Source: Paraphysomonas bandaiensis (lineage: Eukaryota; Protista; Chrysophyceae). From it: a stretch of 64,000 nt of DNA. The stretch lies in the NCBI GenBank assembly GCA_965644295.1, contig CBFFRP010000146.1:310001-374000 (forward strand), in the 5' to 3' direction. The notes under the pieces were generated by a model that was not told the origin of the DNA, made no database searches, and saw only the letters and a program-made list of their open reading frames with translations. How positions within the stretch are numbered: the stretch's first letter is position 1; each line of letters starts with the position of its first letter. Below, piece by piece: positions 26,618 through 40,514 of the stretch. The translations under genes and the position numbers were made by a program.

Positions 26618-27976
26618 ATAGAAATTCATCTATAGTGCAATTGATATTCCCTAATAAGTATATACAGCATATACATACCATTGATTTGAAACAATACGAG
26701 TTCTCATTTGCTTTTTTATTTTAATCAGAGAACGCCTATTTCTTCTTACCTCAAGCTACGAATAGCTATACAATCTAATATTTAATTTACAACATCATGA
26801 GCATATATATAAGCTGCAATTTAAATTTTGCGCGCAAAACGATATAGCCTCCTTATTGCCCGTGGTTAAATAATATATATATAACTATTTTAAAATAATA
26901 ATTTCAATCTATTTATTATTTGTTAATATTGCCGGAAAGTATATCACTGGTGCAACTGGGTGGTTATTGGGTGGTTATTGATGAGCTACCTTTCTTCTTT
27001 TTTGTTGACAGAGCACAAGCAGCTTTCGTAGCGTTAAATGTAGTTCTGAATCTTAAATGCCTATATTGTTAATAATAAGACATCTCTACTACTATCAAAT
27101 GGAGTTCACTGCATGGTATAATCTAGAGTCCAGAGGTAATCGGAATTGACCGCTCATCTTCGTGGGTGTGATTTTGATATAATATCAATTTGATGCTTGG
27201 GATGAATCTCAAGCGAAGTTGATCATTCCAGGAGGATAGGGATACTTTGTCTCATGTACAAGGCTTAAAAGTTGTACGTTCGCTTTTGCAGTCAGATGGA
27301 GAAGAGCAGATTGATCTGTATCATGTCCACAATAAAATTTGATAATTGAAGCGACGCGTAATAATGCAGCTTCTGATAAAGCAGTAGTGAAGAATAAGCG
27401 TGATAGGGAAGGAAAACGGAATCGTGCTGAAAAGACACAGGTGAGACGCTCTTCGATAAATAATGTACCTGCAGACGATGAATTCGATGACAAAAGGAGA
27501 GGAAGTCGAGACCATTCTTTTACTTAATCGCAGCTGAAAGCATCCACCAAACTGTCAACACGATATCGTTGCGTGAGGTTTATGTATATGGTGTATAACA
27601 CTACCAGTAATTGTTAAATGCATTGTTTTTTAGCAGAGCTAAGACTGCAATAACTATTTTTCGAAAGCGAACGACATGTTGAAATATTGGTGTTTCTGGG
27701 TAAAAGTCGGCATTAGAGTTCAGAAAACACCAATAGATTAGAGTTCAGAAAACTAGCAAAAGAATTGAAGGTAATTAATCGGAAATAATTTCCAATAATT
27801 ATTAATGTTGGATATCGTTTACCAATTGTTTGCCCATCATTTAAACATTCAAAAAATTACTACAGTAGTTTAAACAATTCAATTGGTTGAGTATATCTTA
27901 TCTTAATCAGGTACAGCATGTAGGATTACGTGATGTCGAGTTTGACCACAGTGTCTCCATCCACATAATATGCTCT

Positions 27977-29959
27977 CTATTTAGTGCATTTTTCGAAAGA
28001 AATTAAAAGGCGCTTCATTGCAGAGAAACATATTCCCACCAGTCGTGTTAGTTGATACCCTAAAAAATAAGTTACAGCGTTATTCACTGTAACGCCATCC
28101 ACATGAATAGATTTCAGAACAGTGTTCATTGTTGGGAAATTAACTCCAGTAATAAATACAAAAGCTATATTCTCAATTTTTGAAACTTTTCCAATGATAG
28201 ATATCCCAGCCAACACGAACAGACTTCCAAAAAACACTCCAAATATTTGGAATTCATAAAAACCCTGAAGACAACGCAAACATCCATCATCTACACAGCA
28301 GTTCATACGTGAAAACAAACATTTCCCAGTTATATAGACGAATAAAAGTCCAAAACAAACTAACCACACAATACCCATCCCTTTGGATGTGCTATCATCG
28401 AGCAGTCCATCCCATATAGAAAAACAACCAAAGTCTCTTTCTCTTGAATTATACGGACCGAGAATACCAATGGGATACATCACTGCATATTGCAAAAAAC
28501 CAAGCACAGTACTTACGTAGCCTTTATATCCTTCCTCCCCATAGCAACAACCACACCAGCATTTACAACAGCATTTCCACAAAACGACATCTTGCATCGT
28601 TGATTCAATTCGATCTTCTAAATCGGATTCGTCGTACTTGATATTTTGATACTCAATTATCGACGATAACACCAAGCAAAAAAGTGCCATCAACCAACAA
28701 AGAATAAGAAACATAGAAGAACTTGTATGATGTTTCTCCAGCGAAGGATCAATCATGTTTTTTTCCTCGTATGGATCATCAGAGCACCCCATTTTAAAAG
28801 GAATGTGTTGAACACTACTATTGTATATATCGGTATATAAATATGCATCAGGATAATACCCGTACGGAGTTAGCAAGTTATCATTGTAAACAAACTCGCT
28901 AGTAGTTATATGTGCCTGAAATTTCATATAATTGATGGCAGCCACATCCGACATTTCATTGCATCCATCTTCATCAGATGGAAAGTAAGATGCATTTCCA
29001 ATTGACCCGATTATTCCACTCAGTGTGGAATTCGAATAAAACGTTGCGGATGAACAATTTTGATAGTTTTCACAGGTATTCGAATCAACACCCCAATGAA
29101 AATAGCGTTTAGTAGTTCCGTCATCGAAGTAACCCGAAAAACCAACAAGAGCATTAGATGGATGACAACAAGATGTACAAGATTGCTGAACAGTAGTAAT
29201 TGAAGTAATCGGACCATAATCATTGTAGTAACCTCCTCCAGCTGGATACCCACCGGAGTATATATTATATGTAGAAATAGTCGACTCATCATAACCATTC
29301 TTCGTCTGTAGAAAACGCTCACCCCCATCTTCATTATGATTAAACCATCCAATTCCAACTAATATACTAGTATTATATTGCTGGGAAGGCACATAATACA
29401 GAGATATGTGGTCGAAGTAATCATTGTATTTAACATCAAATAGAAATGGCAACGTCGCCTCACCATTGTAGTCCGAAATTGTAATGTTTTCAATTTGATC
29501 CGTCTGTGAATCAACAACAGGGTACTCGGATACAAGGGGAGTGCTGTCTGTTACAAGATAAGCATTACATCCAGGAAAATGTTCTGCGTTGACATAATCC
29601 GTATATCCATATGAAGCACGCCATTCATCAATCTCTTTAATTTGTTTGGCTTCGTTTGTATAAGAAAGTAGCGTACAAGATGCACTACTTGGAGTTGCTG
29701 CAATATAAGAAGACTGTATAACCAATTAAACTAAGCATCGACACAGAGGGGATACTGTACGTACCGTAGAGCTGGATATTGCACTAACAACAAGTATTGC
29801 AAATATAAGATTGATTATTTTGTCCATAGTGTCTAATGCATACAATGACATCCTTAGAGTGCGTAAGATACCACTGCTATGCCGTCGTTTGATAAGAGAA
29901 GTAGATTCACCCTTACGGGAATCTGTTTTATCTTCTTTTGAGGTATCTAATGATTCCAT
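27977..29959 (-). CDS. Uncharacterised multi-pass membrane protein with a large N-glycosylatable extracellular domain (intron 29714-29764)
   Basis: A 51-bp GT-AG intron removes the stop between two same-frame ORFs. N-terminal TM, many NxS/T sites, about 5 C-terminal TMs, Cys cluster. Confidence 0.7.
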
Positions 29960-30148
29960 ATGATTGTTATGTGATGTTATGAGTTACTCTTAATGGGTAG
30001 AGTTTAAATGCACTCATGGCATATGCATACATATGCATGTCCTCATCTCGGGATCTTGAAGCCATGCAACAAGATGCTGTCTACGTGTAGGACATTCTGT
30101 TGGAATGAAGAAACTCATATCTCAAAACGACAAACTGAAGATACAATG

Positions 30149-33100
30149 TCCAGTCGCCGTCAAAAGTCCGAACAAGTCAAAAGTCCGAACAACCGTTTTT
30201 TGATCAAAAGTCCAAAAATGTCGTTCGAAACTCTCATATTTCTCTCACTTCAGTGACATTGAAATCCAATTAACACAACACTTTAACTGACCTGACACTG
30301 GAGACTTATCATTCTATGGCAATCATGGACCACTGGACACGAATATGCAACCAGATTTTCATTTCATACACTGCTTCTCTCAATATCACAAGGTTTCTTA
30401 TATCGTTCCAATTCATCGAGTACCCCTCACATCCGGCACCATTTCTCAAAATCCCTACATTGAATTTTCAACATGACGATCTTGAAAGGTTTGTATACAG
30501 ATGGACTCTCACATATATGAGTGCTGTGCAATTCCTACGACTTGTTTTTGAATAATGTCTGATTTGTGTTCTTTCAGTGACTCGTCTATGCGACTACAAG
30601 AATCTTCGCAAAAAGAACCGACAAGACGCCATAGACAAGCTCCGGGCAGCTAAATTTGCAAAAGCACAGTCGAAAGACAGCTATGGATCTGATGTTGACC
30701 TCAATAATGACTTTAGTTGGTCAAGGTTGCGCAGTTAAGCAGTGTGAACCAGTACTGCTGAGAGCAAAATATTTCTCGAAGAGTGCTCCTCAGGTAGCTG
30801 TTTTTGTCTATCTATGCGTTTATACATATTTATGAGGAACAATCTATCTTATAGGACGTAGACAAATGGTAATTGTAGCTATTCGGGTCTAGAATTGGAA
30901 GAATGAAGCGCGTGTGTTCGTTCCGGCTGGCCAGGCGTATGAGGAAGCTGTTACTGTGATCTTGTCCACTTCTGTGCCCTACGGGGATTACATAGAGACA
31001 CGAAGGAGTGTAAAGAGTGTCAACATTCAAGGGAGCAAGTTTTTTAAGCAGTTCATGATAACCTCTTGGATAATATCACTCTACCTAAAGACCAAATTAG
31101 ACAATGCAAACAAGAACTAGATAGTACTATCTACATATTCGTTGCTGAATTCTTATTAACAACTGGAGTGGTAATCCGATTAATTCGTAAGTTTTATTTC
31201 TTCATGCTCCACTCTCTTGAATTTGTAGACATAGCTAGCTAGGTTGTGGTATCATGATAGGTGATAACAGACAGTGGCTACATAAAATCGTTTGATTGTA
31301 CTACCAGCTATGCGACACATATCATGCAGCAGCACAAAATTAACTTTATTATAGTAATATACAATAACGATTGCTAATATATTTAGTGACGATAGCTATT
31401 AGTGTACCACTACAAGAAGAAAATAATCATACAAGAGAAAAGAAATTCTCTATACTCGAGTAATTCACATCGAGTTTCTTCAATGTTCTCTCTTTTCGGT
31501 CTCTGTTTTTAACAACTACAGGGAGAATGTGTTCATCAATAATAAACATTCCGAAAGTTGCCTCTGCACTGAGTGGTTTCTTTTGTGTAGCATGTGCCTC
31601 TTCCAGCTTATCACATTCACGGTCGTCATGCTGCTCCCGAAGGGCTCGCATTTGATCCCGTGTGTCCAAGTCAGGACCGGAGCAATAATCATCCCCATTT
31701 CCGCTTGGGTTTAGTCCTTTATCATCGTTACTTTTACATTTTGAACCTTTATCATCTTGAGCAATTTCTTCCTTCTCATCACTACCCTCAACTTCCTTCA
31801 AACCCGGCATAGCTTCATCACTCTCCTCCATATCAACGTCCTCCCAGACTGTTTCAGCGTCATCTGTAGTTTTGCTCTCAGTGCACTGTTTGATCCTGTG
31901 TGCAGGACGAAAAATAATGCTCTGTACCCATCCATTCATGTTGAACTTGAAACACTTCAACTCCTTGCATTTTCGTTCCCGGATGACAACAATATGGCTG
32001 AGTAGAGCAGGCTCTGCACTCATAGTAGCCGTGCACTCAACGGATCGTATCTTCTTCTTCTTGTTGGTAATGGCGACAGAAAGGCGGTTAAGTTTCATCA
32101 GTTTTTTCATATTCTATGTCAAAATTTTGTAAATAAAGTAACCACGAATCGCCAACTATACATACCTGTGGACAACGTGCCCGCCTCTGCTTACTATATC
32201 CTAGCATGATGTTGTGAGTATCCGAATTGGTCTTGTTCCACGGATGAAATCGGTTGCCTTGAGGATTTTCTGGTGATACCCCTAAGATGGCACCTACTAT
32301 GGCTACGCTGGATAAGGGATTGAATGCATCATTGATGGCCTCCTGCCTTCGCGCATTGACTGTGGACGGAGCATCCACACTTTCAGGTGACACCTTTTTC
32401 AAATACCTGCCTATGGTGGAATTTGAGGGTGCCTTACGATTCTTAAGGAAGTTCCCCCCTTGCTTGTTGACAGTCCCTGCACTGGTCAGTGCTTTAACAA
32501 AATCCCCATCGGATGCAGAAGTGAATGAGTTCCCAGTTGCAGTGGCCTCATGGCTCATGTCGGACAACATTGCCACACCGTCTTCGTCCGTCCAGGTCGG
32601 GCGCCCAAGATAGCTACGATTGGGATCTAGCCCTCTTTCTCGTTTATCTTTGGCCCTACAAAGCAGATATTCCATCAGAAATACGTATGTTATGACAATA
32701 AAGAGTTACCTGAAGAACACTCCACGAGTGATGTTGTGATTGCGACAAAACTCACTAACATTACTAGGTTTATCCTTTTCATATTCATCGAGAATAGCAT
32801 TGAGGTCAACATCAGATCCATAGCTGTCTTTCGACTGTGCTTTTGCAAATTTAGCTGCCCGGAGCTTGTCTATGGCGTCTTGTCGGTTCTTTTTGCGAAG
32901 ATTCTTGTAGTCGCATAGACGAGTCACTGAAAGAACACAAATCAGACATTATTCAAAAACAAGTCGTAGGAATTGCACAGCACTCATATATGTGAGAGTC
33001 CATCTGTATACAAACCTTTCAAGATCGTCATGTTGAAAATTCAATGTAGGGATTTTGAGAAATGGTGCCGGATGTGAGGGGTACTCGATGAATTGGAACG

Positions 33101-33355
33101 ATATAAGAAACCTTGTGATATTGAGAGAAGCAGTGTATGAAATGAAAATCTGGTTGCATATTCGTGTCCAGTGGTCCATGATTGCCATAGAATGATAAGT
33201 CTCCAGTGTCAGGTCAGTTAAAGTGTTGTGTTAATTGGATTTCAATGTCACTGAAGTGAGAGAAATATGAGAGTTTCGAACGACATTTTTGGACTTTTGA
33301 TCAAAAAACGGTTGTTCGGACTTTTGACTTGTTCGGACTTTTGACGGCGACTGGA
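30149..33355 (-). mobile_element. Tc1/mariner-superfamily (Tc1/pogo-like) DNA transposon derivative bounded by 557-bp inverted repeats
   Basis: 30149-30705 is the reverse complement of 32799-33355. The ends read CAGTCGCCGTCAAAAGT with repeated TCAAAAGTCCGAACAA motifs. Confidence 0.8.
31427..33031 (-). pseudogene. Intron-containing transposase, probably C-terminally truncated
   Basis: Spliced MTILK|VTRLC...VSEFCRNHNITRGVFFR (HTH)...GRP...PSNSTIGRYLKK (second HTH)...PWNKTNSD (candidate first D). Later DDE/D residues were not recognised. Confidence 0.6.
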
Positions 33356-33418
33356 TGTGGCCCTTACAAGGTGCGTCCTTGGAGGGGCCAGCCACTGTAC
33401 TGCTGTACAGTGTACAGA

Positions 33419-33419
<1 letters not shown>

Positions 33420-33449
<30 letters not shown>

Positions 33450-34192
33450 TGTATGTATGTATGTATGTATGTATGTATGTATGTATGTATGTATGTATGT
33501 ATGTATGTATGTATGTATGTATGTATGCATGTATGTATGTATGTATGTATGTATGTATGTATGTATGTATGTATGTATGTATGTATGTATGTATGTATGT
33601 ATGTATGTATGTATGTATGTATGTATGTATGTATGTATGTATGTATGTATGTATGTATGTATGTATGTATGTATGTATGTATGTAGGTATGTAAGTAAGT
33701 ATGTTTGTATGTATGTATGTTTGTATGTATGTATGTATGTATGTATGTATGTATGTATGTATGTATGTGTATGTATGTATGTATGTATGTATGTATGTAT
33801 GTATGTATGTATGTATGTATGTATGTATGTATGCATGTATGTATGTATGTATGTATGCATGTATGTATGTATGTATGTATGTATGTATGTATGTATGTAT
33901 GTATGTATGTATGTATGTATGTATGTATGTATGTATGTATGTATGTATGTATGCATGTATGTATGTATGTATGTATGTATGTATGTATGTATGTATGTGT
34001 ATGTATGTATGTATGTATGTATGTATGTATGTATGTATGTATGTATGTATGTATGTATGTATGTATGTATGTATGTATGTATGTATGCATGTATGTATGT
34101 ATGTATGTATGCATGTATGTATGTATGTATGTATGTATGTATGTATGTATGTATGTATGTATGTATGTATGTATGTATGTATGTATGTATGT
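33420..34192. repeat. (TATG)n microsatellite, ~770 bp
   Basis: Directly visible. It produces the spurious HTYI/MYVC ORFs. Confidence 0.99.
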
Positions 34193-34207
34193 CGGTATGT
34201 ACCAGTT

Positions 34208-37200
34208 GCTCCGTTTTCCGGTGCCGCTGTTTTTTGAGGTGCCATTCTTTGGTGTGTTTTTTATCATCAGAATTGCAATCGGATCTTCATATAGATATAC
34301 ATGTATGTATATTCCTTTAAAATCATCATATTTGTACACTCCTGTCATAATAAATACACCAATACATAAGAATGGATAGTTCCTGTGGTTAGTCACATCA
34401 ACACTGATATCTGGTTGAAATATCAGATGATGGGGAGTGAGAGGGATGTATTCCTCGTCCTCTGAACCTGGTGATGTACTCAGCGTTGTTGCCGCTTCCT
34501 GTAAGCTCATTGTTTGTATTTTTAGGGGAGATAATCATTCAGCTGCTATGTAGACAATAGGGAGTCTTCCATGCGCAGACCTCACTTCATTATTAGTCTC
34601 ATTTGTAGTGTATTTGCGGATATATATCGGATCTATGCGATATATGGCTTCATTGTGTTTGTGTCATCTGCATTGAAGTGTAGGTATTTGAGTGGAAGAG
34701 TATATAAGTGTGTTATATTGTCTCTTGTTGCATTCTGCAGCTTGTTTACATGATTATAGATGCTAGTGCTACACATAACCTTGTTATTATTACGTATTCT
34801 CGTTACAATATTTTAAGACTGTGTTTTCACGAATATTGAAGTCATCATCTTATGGTATATCAGCATAGATTACCTATTCACCAGCTATACATGTATGCAC
34901 TCAGTGTGTTCATGTTCATGCAACAGTTCAAGATCTAGATATGTGGTATATGTTCTGTGTCTTCGCTCTGTGTGCTTCATACAACATATATAGACCATGT
35001 ATGTGGTATATGTTCTCTGTATGTGCTTCATACAACACATTGAGACCATATATGTGGTATATGATCTGTATGTTCGCTGTGTGTGCTTTACACAGCACAC
35101 AGAGACTGTATATGTTAAATGTGCTCTGTATATTCACTCTGCGTGCTTCATACAACATATATAGACCATGTATGTGGTATATGTTCTCTGTATGTGCTTC
35201 ATACAACACATTGAGACCATATATGTGGTATATGATCTGTATGTTCGCTGTGTGTGCTTTACACAGCACACAGAGACTGTATATGTTAAATGTGCTCTGT
35301 ATATTCACTCTGTGTGCTTCATACAACACGCAAGAACCATATATGTGGAATATGTTGTGAATATATTACTCTGTGCTCTTCATGCAACATACAGGGACTA
35401 TGTATGTGTTATATGGTGCGTAGTATCACACTTTGCCCCTCATACAACACGCAAAGACTATATATGTGGTATATGATATATGCGTTCACTCTGTGCGCAC
35501 CATGCGACACGCAGGGACTATATAAGTATTGTATGATGTATGTATTATGTATTCACTATGTGCTCTTCATGCAATACACAAAGCTATTTAAGTGCTATAT
35601 GATGTGCATTTTTGAACTCTGTGCTACATATAACACAGAGAGACTATTGAAGTGTTTTTAGTGATCTGTATGTTTACTATGTGCGCTTCGTACAGTACAC
35701 AAGCACTCAATGTATGGTATATGACGTGTAGTTTCGCTCTCTATGCTTCGTATAGTAGCCGGGGATTATATCAGTGTTATATGATGTATGTGTTTACTCA
35801 CTATGCTTCGTATATAGTATATAGTACATAGGGATATAGCTTGGATAGGCCGACAGCCAAGGCTGAGGCCAGAGAAAAGGGAGACGAAGAAAAAGTATTG
35901 TTACGAGGAATATGTATCGCCGAGAGGCGTCAGTACAGACTTCATAAAGCAATCGAGGCACTAAGAACACTTGACGACAATGGGGCGATGGAAGTAGCGT
36001 AGCATATGGTTGTAGCTAGCACAGTGTATGGTTAAGTTTGATGTTGCTGATTTTTTAATTTGAACACTGTAATCCACAGTGCACGCTTGTTTTTAGTTTT
36101 TAATAGATAACGTATTTTTTGCTTTAAAGGTTTACTATTTACATAAGTACTTTATTATTCTACTATTCTGGCTTCCTATCCCATCGTGTACAGTTGGCAG
36201 TAGCACTCTAAGTACTAATACTACACAATAAAATATGACAATTTAATGTCATTTTCCACTGTTATTAAAATTCTACTCGACGGAGTTTACAGAGTAAACA
36301 TATAAACCCAGTGCTATATATAACTGCAAAGTGCTGCGCCTACTACCTACATAGTCCCTATGTGCTATATACTATATACGAAGCATAGAGAGTAAACACA
36401 TACATCATATAACACTGATATAATCACTGGCTACTATACGAAGCATAGATAGCGAAACTACACGTCATATACCATACATTGAGTGCTTGTGTACTGTACG
36501 AAGCGCACATAGTAAACATACAGATCACTAAAAACACTTCAATAGTCTCTCTGTGTTATATGTAGCACAGAGTTCAAAAATGCACATCATATAGCACTTA
36601 AATAGTCCTTGTGTATTGCATGAAGAGCACATAGTGAATACATAATACATACATCATACAATACTTATATAGTCCCTGCGTGTCGCATGGTGCGCACAGA
36701 GTGAACGCATATATCATATACCACATATATAGTCTTTGCGTGTTGTATGAGGGGCAAAGTGTGATACTACGCACCATATAACACATACATAGTCCCTGTA
36801 TGTTGCATGAAGAGCACAGAGTAATATATTCACAACATATTCCACATATATGGTTCTTGCGTGTTGTATGAAGCACACAGAGTGAATATACAGAGCACAT
36901 TTAACATATACAGTCTCTGTGTGCTGTGTAAAGCACACACAGCGAACATACAGATCATATACCACATATATGGTCTCAATGTGTTGTATGAAGCACATAC
37001 AGAGAACATATACCACATACATGGTCTATATATGTTGTATGAAGCACGCAGAGTGAATATACAGAGCACATTTCACATATACAGTCTCTGTGTGCTGTGT
37101 AAAGCACACACAGCGAACATACAGATCATATACCACATATATGGTCTCAATGTGTTGTATGAAGCACATACAGAGAACATATACCACATACTTGGTCTAT

Positions 37201-37982
37201 ATATGTTGTATGAAGCACACAGAGCGAAGACACAGAACATATACCACATATCTAGATCTTGAACTGTTGCATGAACATGAACACACTGAGTGCATACATG
37301 TATAGCTGGTGAATAGGTAATCTATGCTGATATACCATAAGATGATGACTTCAATATTCGTGAAAACACAGTCTTAAAATATTGTAACGAGAATACGTAA
37401 TAATAACAAGGTTATGTGTAGCACTAGCATCTATAATCATGTAAACAAGCTGCAGAATGCAACAAGAGACAATATAACACACTTATATACTCTTCCACTC
37501 AAATACCTACACTTCAATGCAGATGACACAAACACAATGAAGCCATATATCGCATAGATCCGATATATATCCGCAAATACACTACAAATGAGACTAATAA
37601 TGAAGTGAGGTCTGCGCATGGAAGACTCCCTATTGTCTACATAGCAGCTGAATGATTATCTCCCCTAAAAATACAAACAATGAGCTTACAGGAAGCGGCA
37701 ACAACGCTGAGTACATCACCAGGTTCAGAGGACGAGGAATACATCCCTCTCACTCCCCATCATCTGATATTTCAACCAGATATCAGTGTTGATGTGACTA
37801 ACCACAGGAACTATCCATTCTTATGTATTGGTGTATTTATTATGACAGGAGTGTACAAATATGATGATTTTAAAGGAATATACATACATGTATATCTATA
37901 TGAAGATCCGATTGCAATTCTGATGATAAAAAACACACCAAAGAATGGCACCTCAAAAAACAGCGGCACCGGAAAACGGAGC
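34208..37982. repeat. Foldback palindrome: 1.63-kb inverted arms (34208-35834 / 36355-37982) around a 520-bp spacer
   Basis: The arms are reverse complements with few substitutions, and the ORF track shows mirrored ORFs. The inner arms are tandem ~60-bp units with a 171-bp (51+60+60) higher-order repeat. Confidence 0.95.
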
Positions 37983-38145
37983 GAGTGGTGTATGTATGTA
38001 TGTATGTATGTACATAGTGTGTAGTGTTGTGGTGTATGTACTTTCTGTATGTGGTGTGGTATAGTGTGGGGTTTATATTGGCTCTCGTGGTGCTTACTGG
38101 CCGCACAATTAACCTTTAGCAACAGAGCATTCCAAGTCAAACAAA

Positions 38146-39690
38146 ATGTCAGCTAAGGATGGAGATGATGATCAGGACAGGCAGGTGGAGATGTGGAAAG
38201 TGAAGAAGCTCATTAAGAGCTTGCAAGCAGCACGGGGGTATGTATATATGCTCATAGTGGTGTATGTATACGTATATATATAGTATGAGTATGCTTCGAT
38301 GTGATGAATGTGTATATATGTATATATATATATGTATGTATGTACATGTACCTTACTGCGGATATTCATCAGGAACGGAACGAGTATGATATCTCTCATC
38401 ATCCCTCCAAGAGATCAGGTATCACGCATCAGCACTATGCTTGCCAATGAGTATGGAACTGCATCGAACATTAAATCGAGAGTTAACAGGTTATCTGTCC
38501 TGGGAGCTATCACGTCAACTCAGCAGAAGCTAAAGTTGTACACACGGGTTCCTCCTAATGGCCTGGTGCTGTACTGTGGTACTATTTTGACTGATGATGG
38601 TAAGGAAAAGAGAGTAAACATCGACTTTGAGCCCTTCAGACCTATCAACACGTCACTGTACTTGTGTGACAATAAATTTCACACAGAGGTAATTTCCCTG
38701 TGCCATGAAGTTACATATGTAATTTTCCTTTAGGCTCTGAACGAACTTCTCGAGGATGATGATAAGTTTGGCTTTATCGTTATGGACGGAAACGGCTGTT
38801 TGTTCGGAACTCTTCAAGGAAACACCCGTGATGTACTGCACAAGTTTACGGTGGAGCTTCCTAAGAAACACGGGCGTGGAGGTCAGTCAGCGCTACGTTT
38901 TGCACGTCTTCGTATGGAGAAGAGGCATAACTATGTTCGCAAATGTGCTGAACTGGCTGTACAACACTTCCTCTCAGACAACAAGGTCAATGTGACAGGA
39001 TTGGTTTTGGCCGGATCAGCTGATTTTAAGACAGAACTGCTCAATTCAGACCACTTCGACCCTAGACTAGTTCGGGCGGTGATAAAAACAGTGGACGTAT
39101 CTTATGGCATGGACCCAGGATTCAATCAGGCCATTGAGTTGTCCGCTGAATCCCTTGCTAATGTCAAGCTTGTCCAGGAAAAAAAGCTGCTTCAGAAGTA
39201 CTTTGACGAAATTAATCAGGACACTGGAAAGTATTGTTTCATGGTGTCTGATACTTTGCAAGCACTTGAAATGAGTGCGGTCGAGACCCTCATTGTGTGG
39301 GAGAACTTAGCTGTGAATCGATTGACGGTTCGTAATACCAGCACTCAGGAGGAGAAGGTCCTGCACTTGACCCCCGAACAAGAGCAAAATGACGTACATT
39401 TCCATGATCCTATCACCGGTGTGGAGCTAGAGATAATTGACAAGCTCTCTCTAGTGGAATGGCTTGCCAATGAGTACAAGAAGTTTGGCGCTAATCTCGA
39501 GTTTGTGACTGACCGGTCTCAGGAGGGCTCACAGTTTTGCAAGGGATTTGGAGGTATTGGTGGCTTGTTGCGCTGGAGAGTGGACTTTACAGAGATGGAA
39601 ATTGCTGCAGAGATGGATAATGCAATGATGGACGATGACGACGATGATGATGCAGAAGACTATGATAACTACGAGGATAGTTTCATCTAG
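38146..39690 (+). CDS. eRF1: Eukaryotic peptide chain release factor 1 (introns ~38238-38372 and 38689-38733)
   Basis: [40 protein letters not shown]. Confidence 0.98.
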
Positions 39691-40514
39691 AATTAGTATC
39701 CCCTGGAGTCAGGGAAGGCGAGAACCCGGATGACATTTGGTAATGCATGACAATCATGCAAGTGTGCCATGGTCATAAGGGCACATTACTTGCATTTTTC
39801 CCTGTCTGAATATCGAAATTATATTCGATGTTGGCTGTACTGGGTTTGGCTAGCGGGCCATACTGGTGGCTGACCAAATATGCTACTGATTGTGATGCCT
39901 AATAATGCAGCTATTGCGCCTTTGACAACTTTTAATGTATCACAACGGCATTTCAAGCATGTATACCTATTGAATAATGAAATTGGCGATGATGCTCACA
40001 GCTTTATGGTAGTCAGTAGTCAGCCTCTGCACGCTTTGCTAGGACGTTACAGTAGAAACACCAACATATTACCAAAACGTAGTAGATATTTTGTAGAATA
40101 TATTGAAAGCATTGCGTAACAAATTATAGACTTTTAACTAGTTGGCTATTAATTGGTCAATTTGGTGTAGTTTTTAATAATTCATAATTCAGTTAACAAT
40201 GACTAGTAGGTTGACTAGGTGTTTATGGTTTATCCCTATTTTTTCTAACAAAATATTTGACCTGGTTTGGGCGCAAATATAGACATTATAATTTACCTTC
40301 TAACTAATATGAAGTATATCTCCCCCTGAATATTACAACCAGCGATAAATCTTAATAGTATAAAACGCACCGATTCACTATATTATACGTTACACATCAT
40401 AAATCACTACTTTCAATCCCATTCGCTGGGAATTCACTAAACCATAACAAAATACCACAACACCAAAGAAAGCAGTATATATACACGCAACTCTATCACA
40501 AATTTAAATCTATA

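Noticed and set aside
33231-34510. Long HTYI/MYVC-repeat ORFs in all frames
   Set aside because: These are translations of the stop-free (TATG)n microsatellite.
34993-35334. 171-bp period equal to alpha-satellite length (centromeric?)
   Set aside because: Only two copies per arm, built from 51+60+60 subunits. The length match is coincidental.
34885-37305. ~60-bp periodic repeats as a CRISPR-like array, and the Cys/Tyr-rich ORFs over them
   Set aside because: The units are degenerate tandem monomers with no unique spacers, there are no cas genes, and the context is eukaryotic. The ORFs are repeat artefacts.
38146-39690. Alternative genetic code explaining same-frame ORF pairs (573/577, 29725/29726, 50805/50806)
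   Set aside because: eRF1 GTS, NIKS and YxCxxxF motifs are canonical, and host genes end in TAA, TAG and TGA. The first two pairs are resolved by GT-AG introns.
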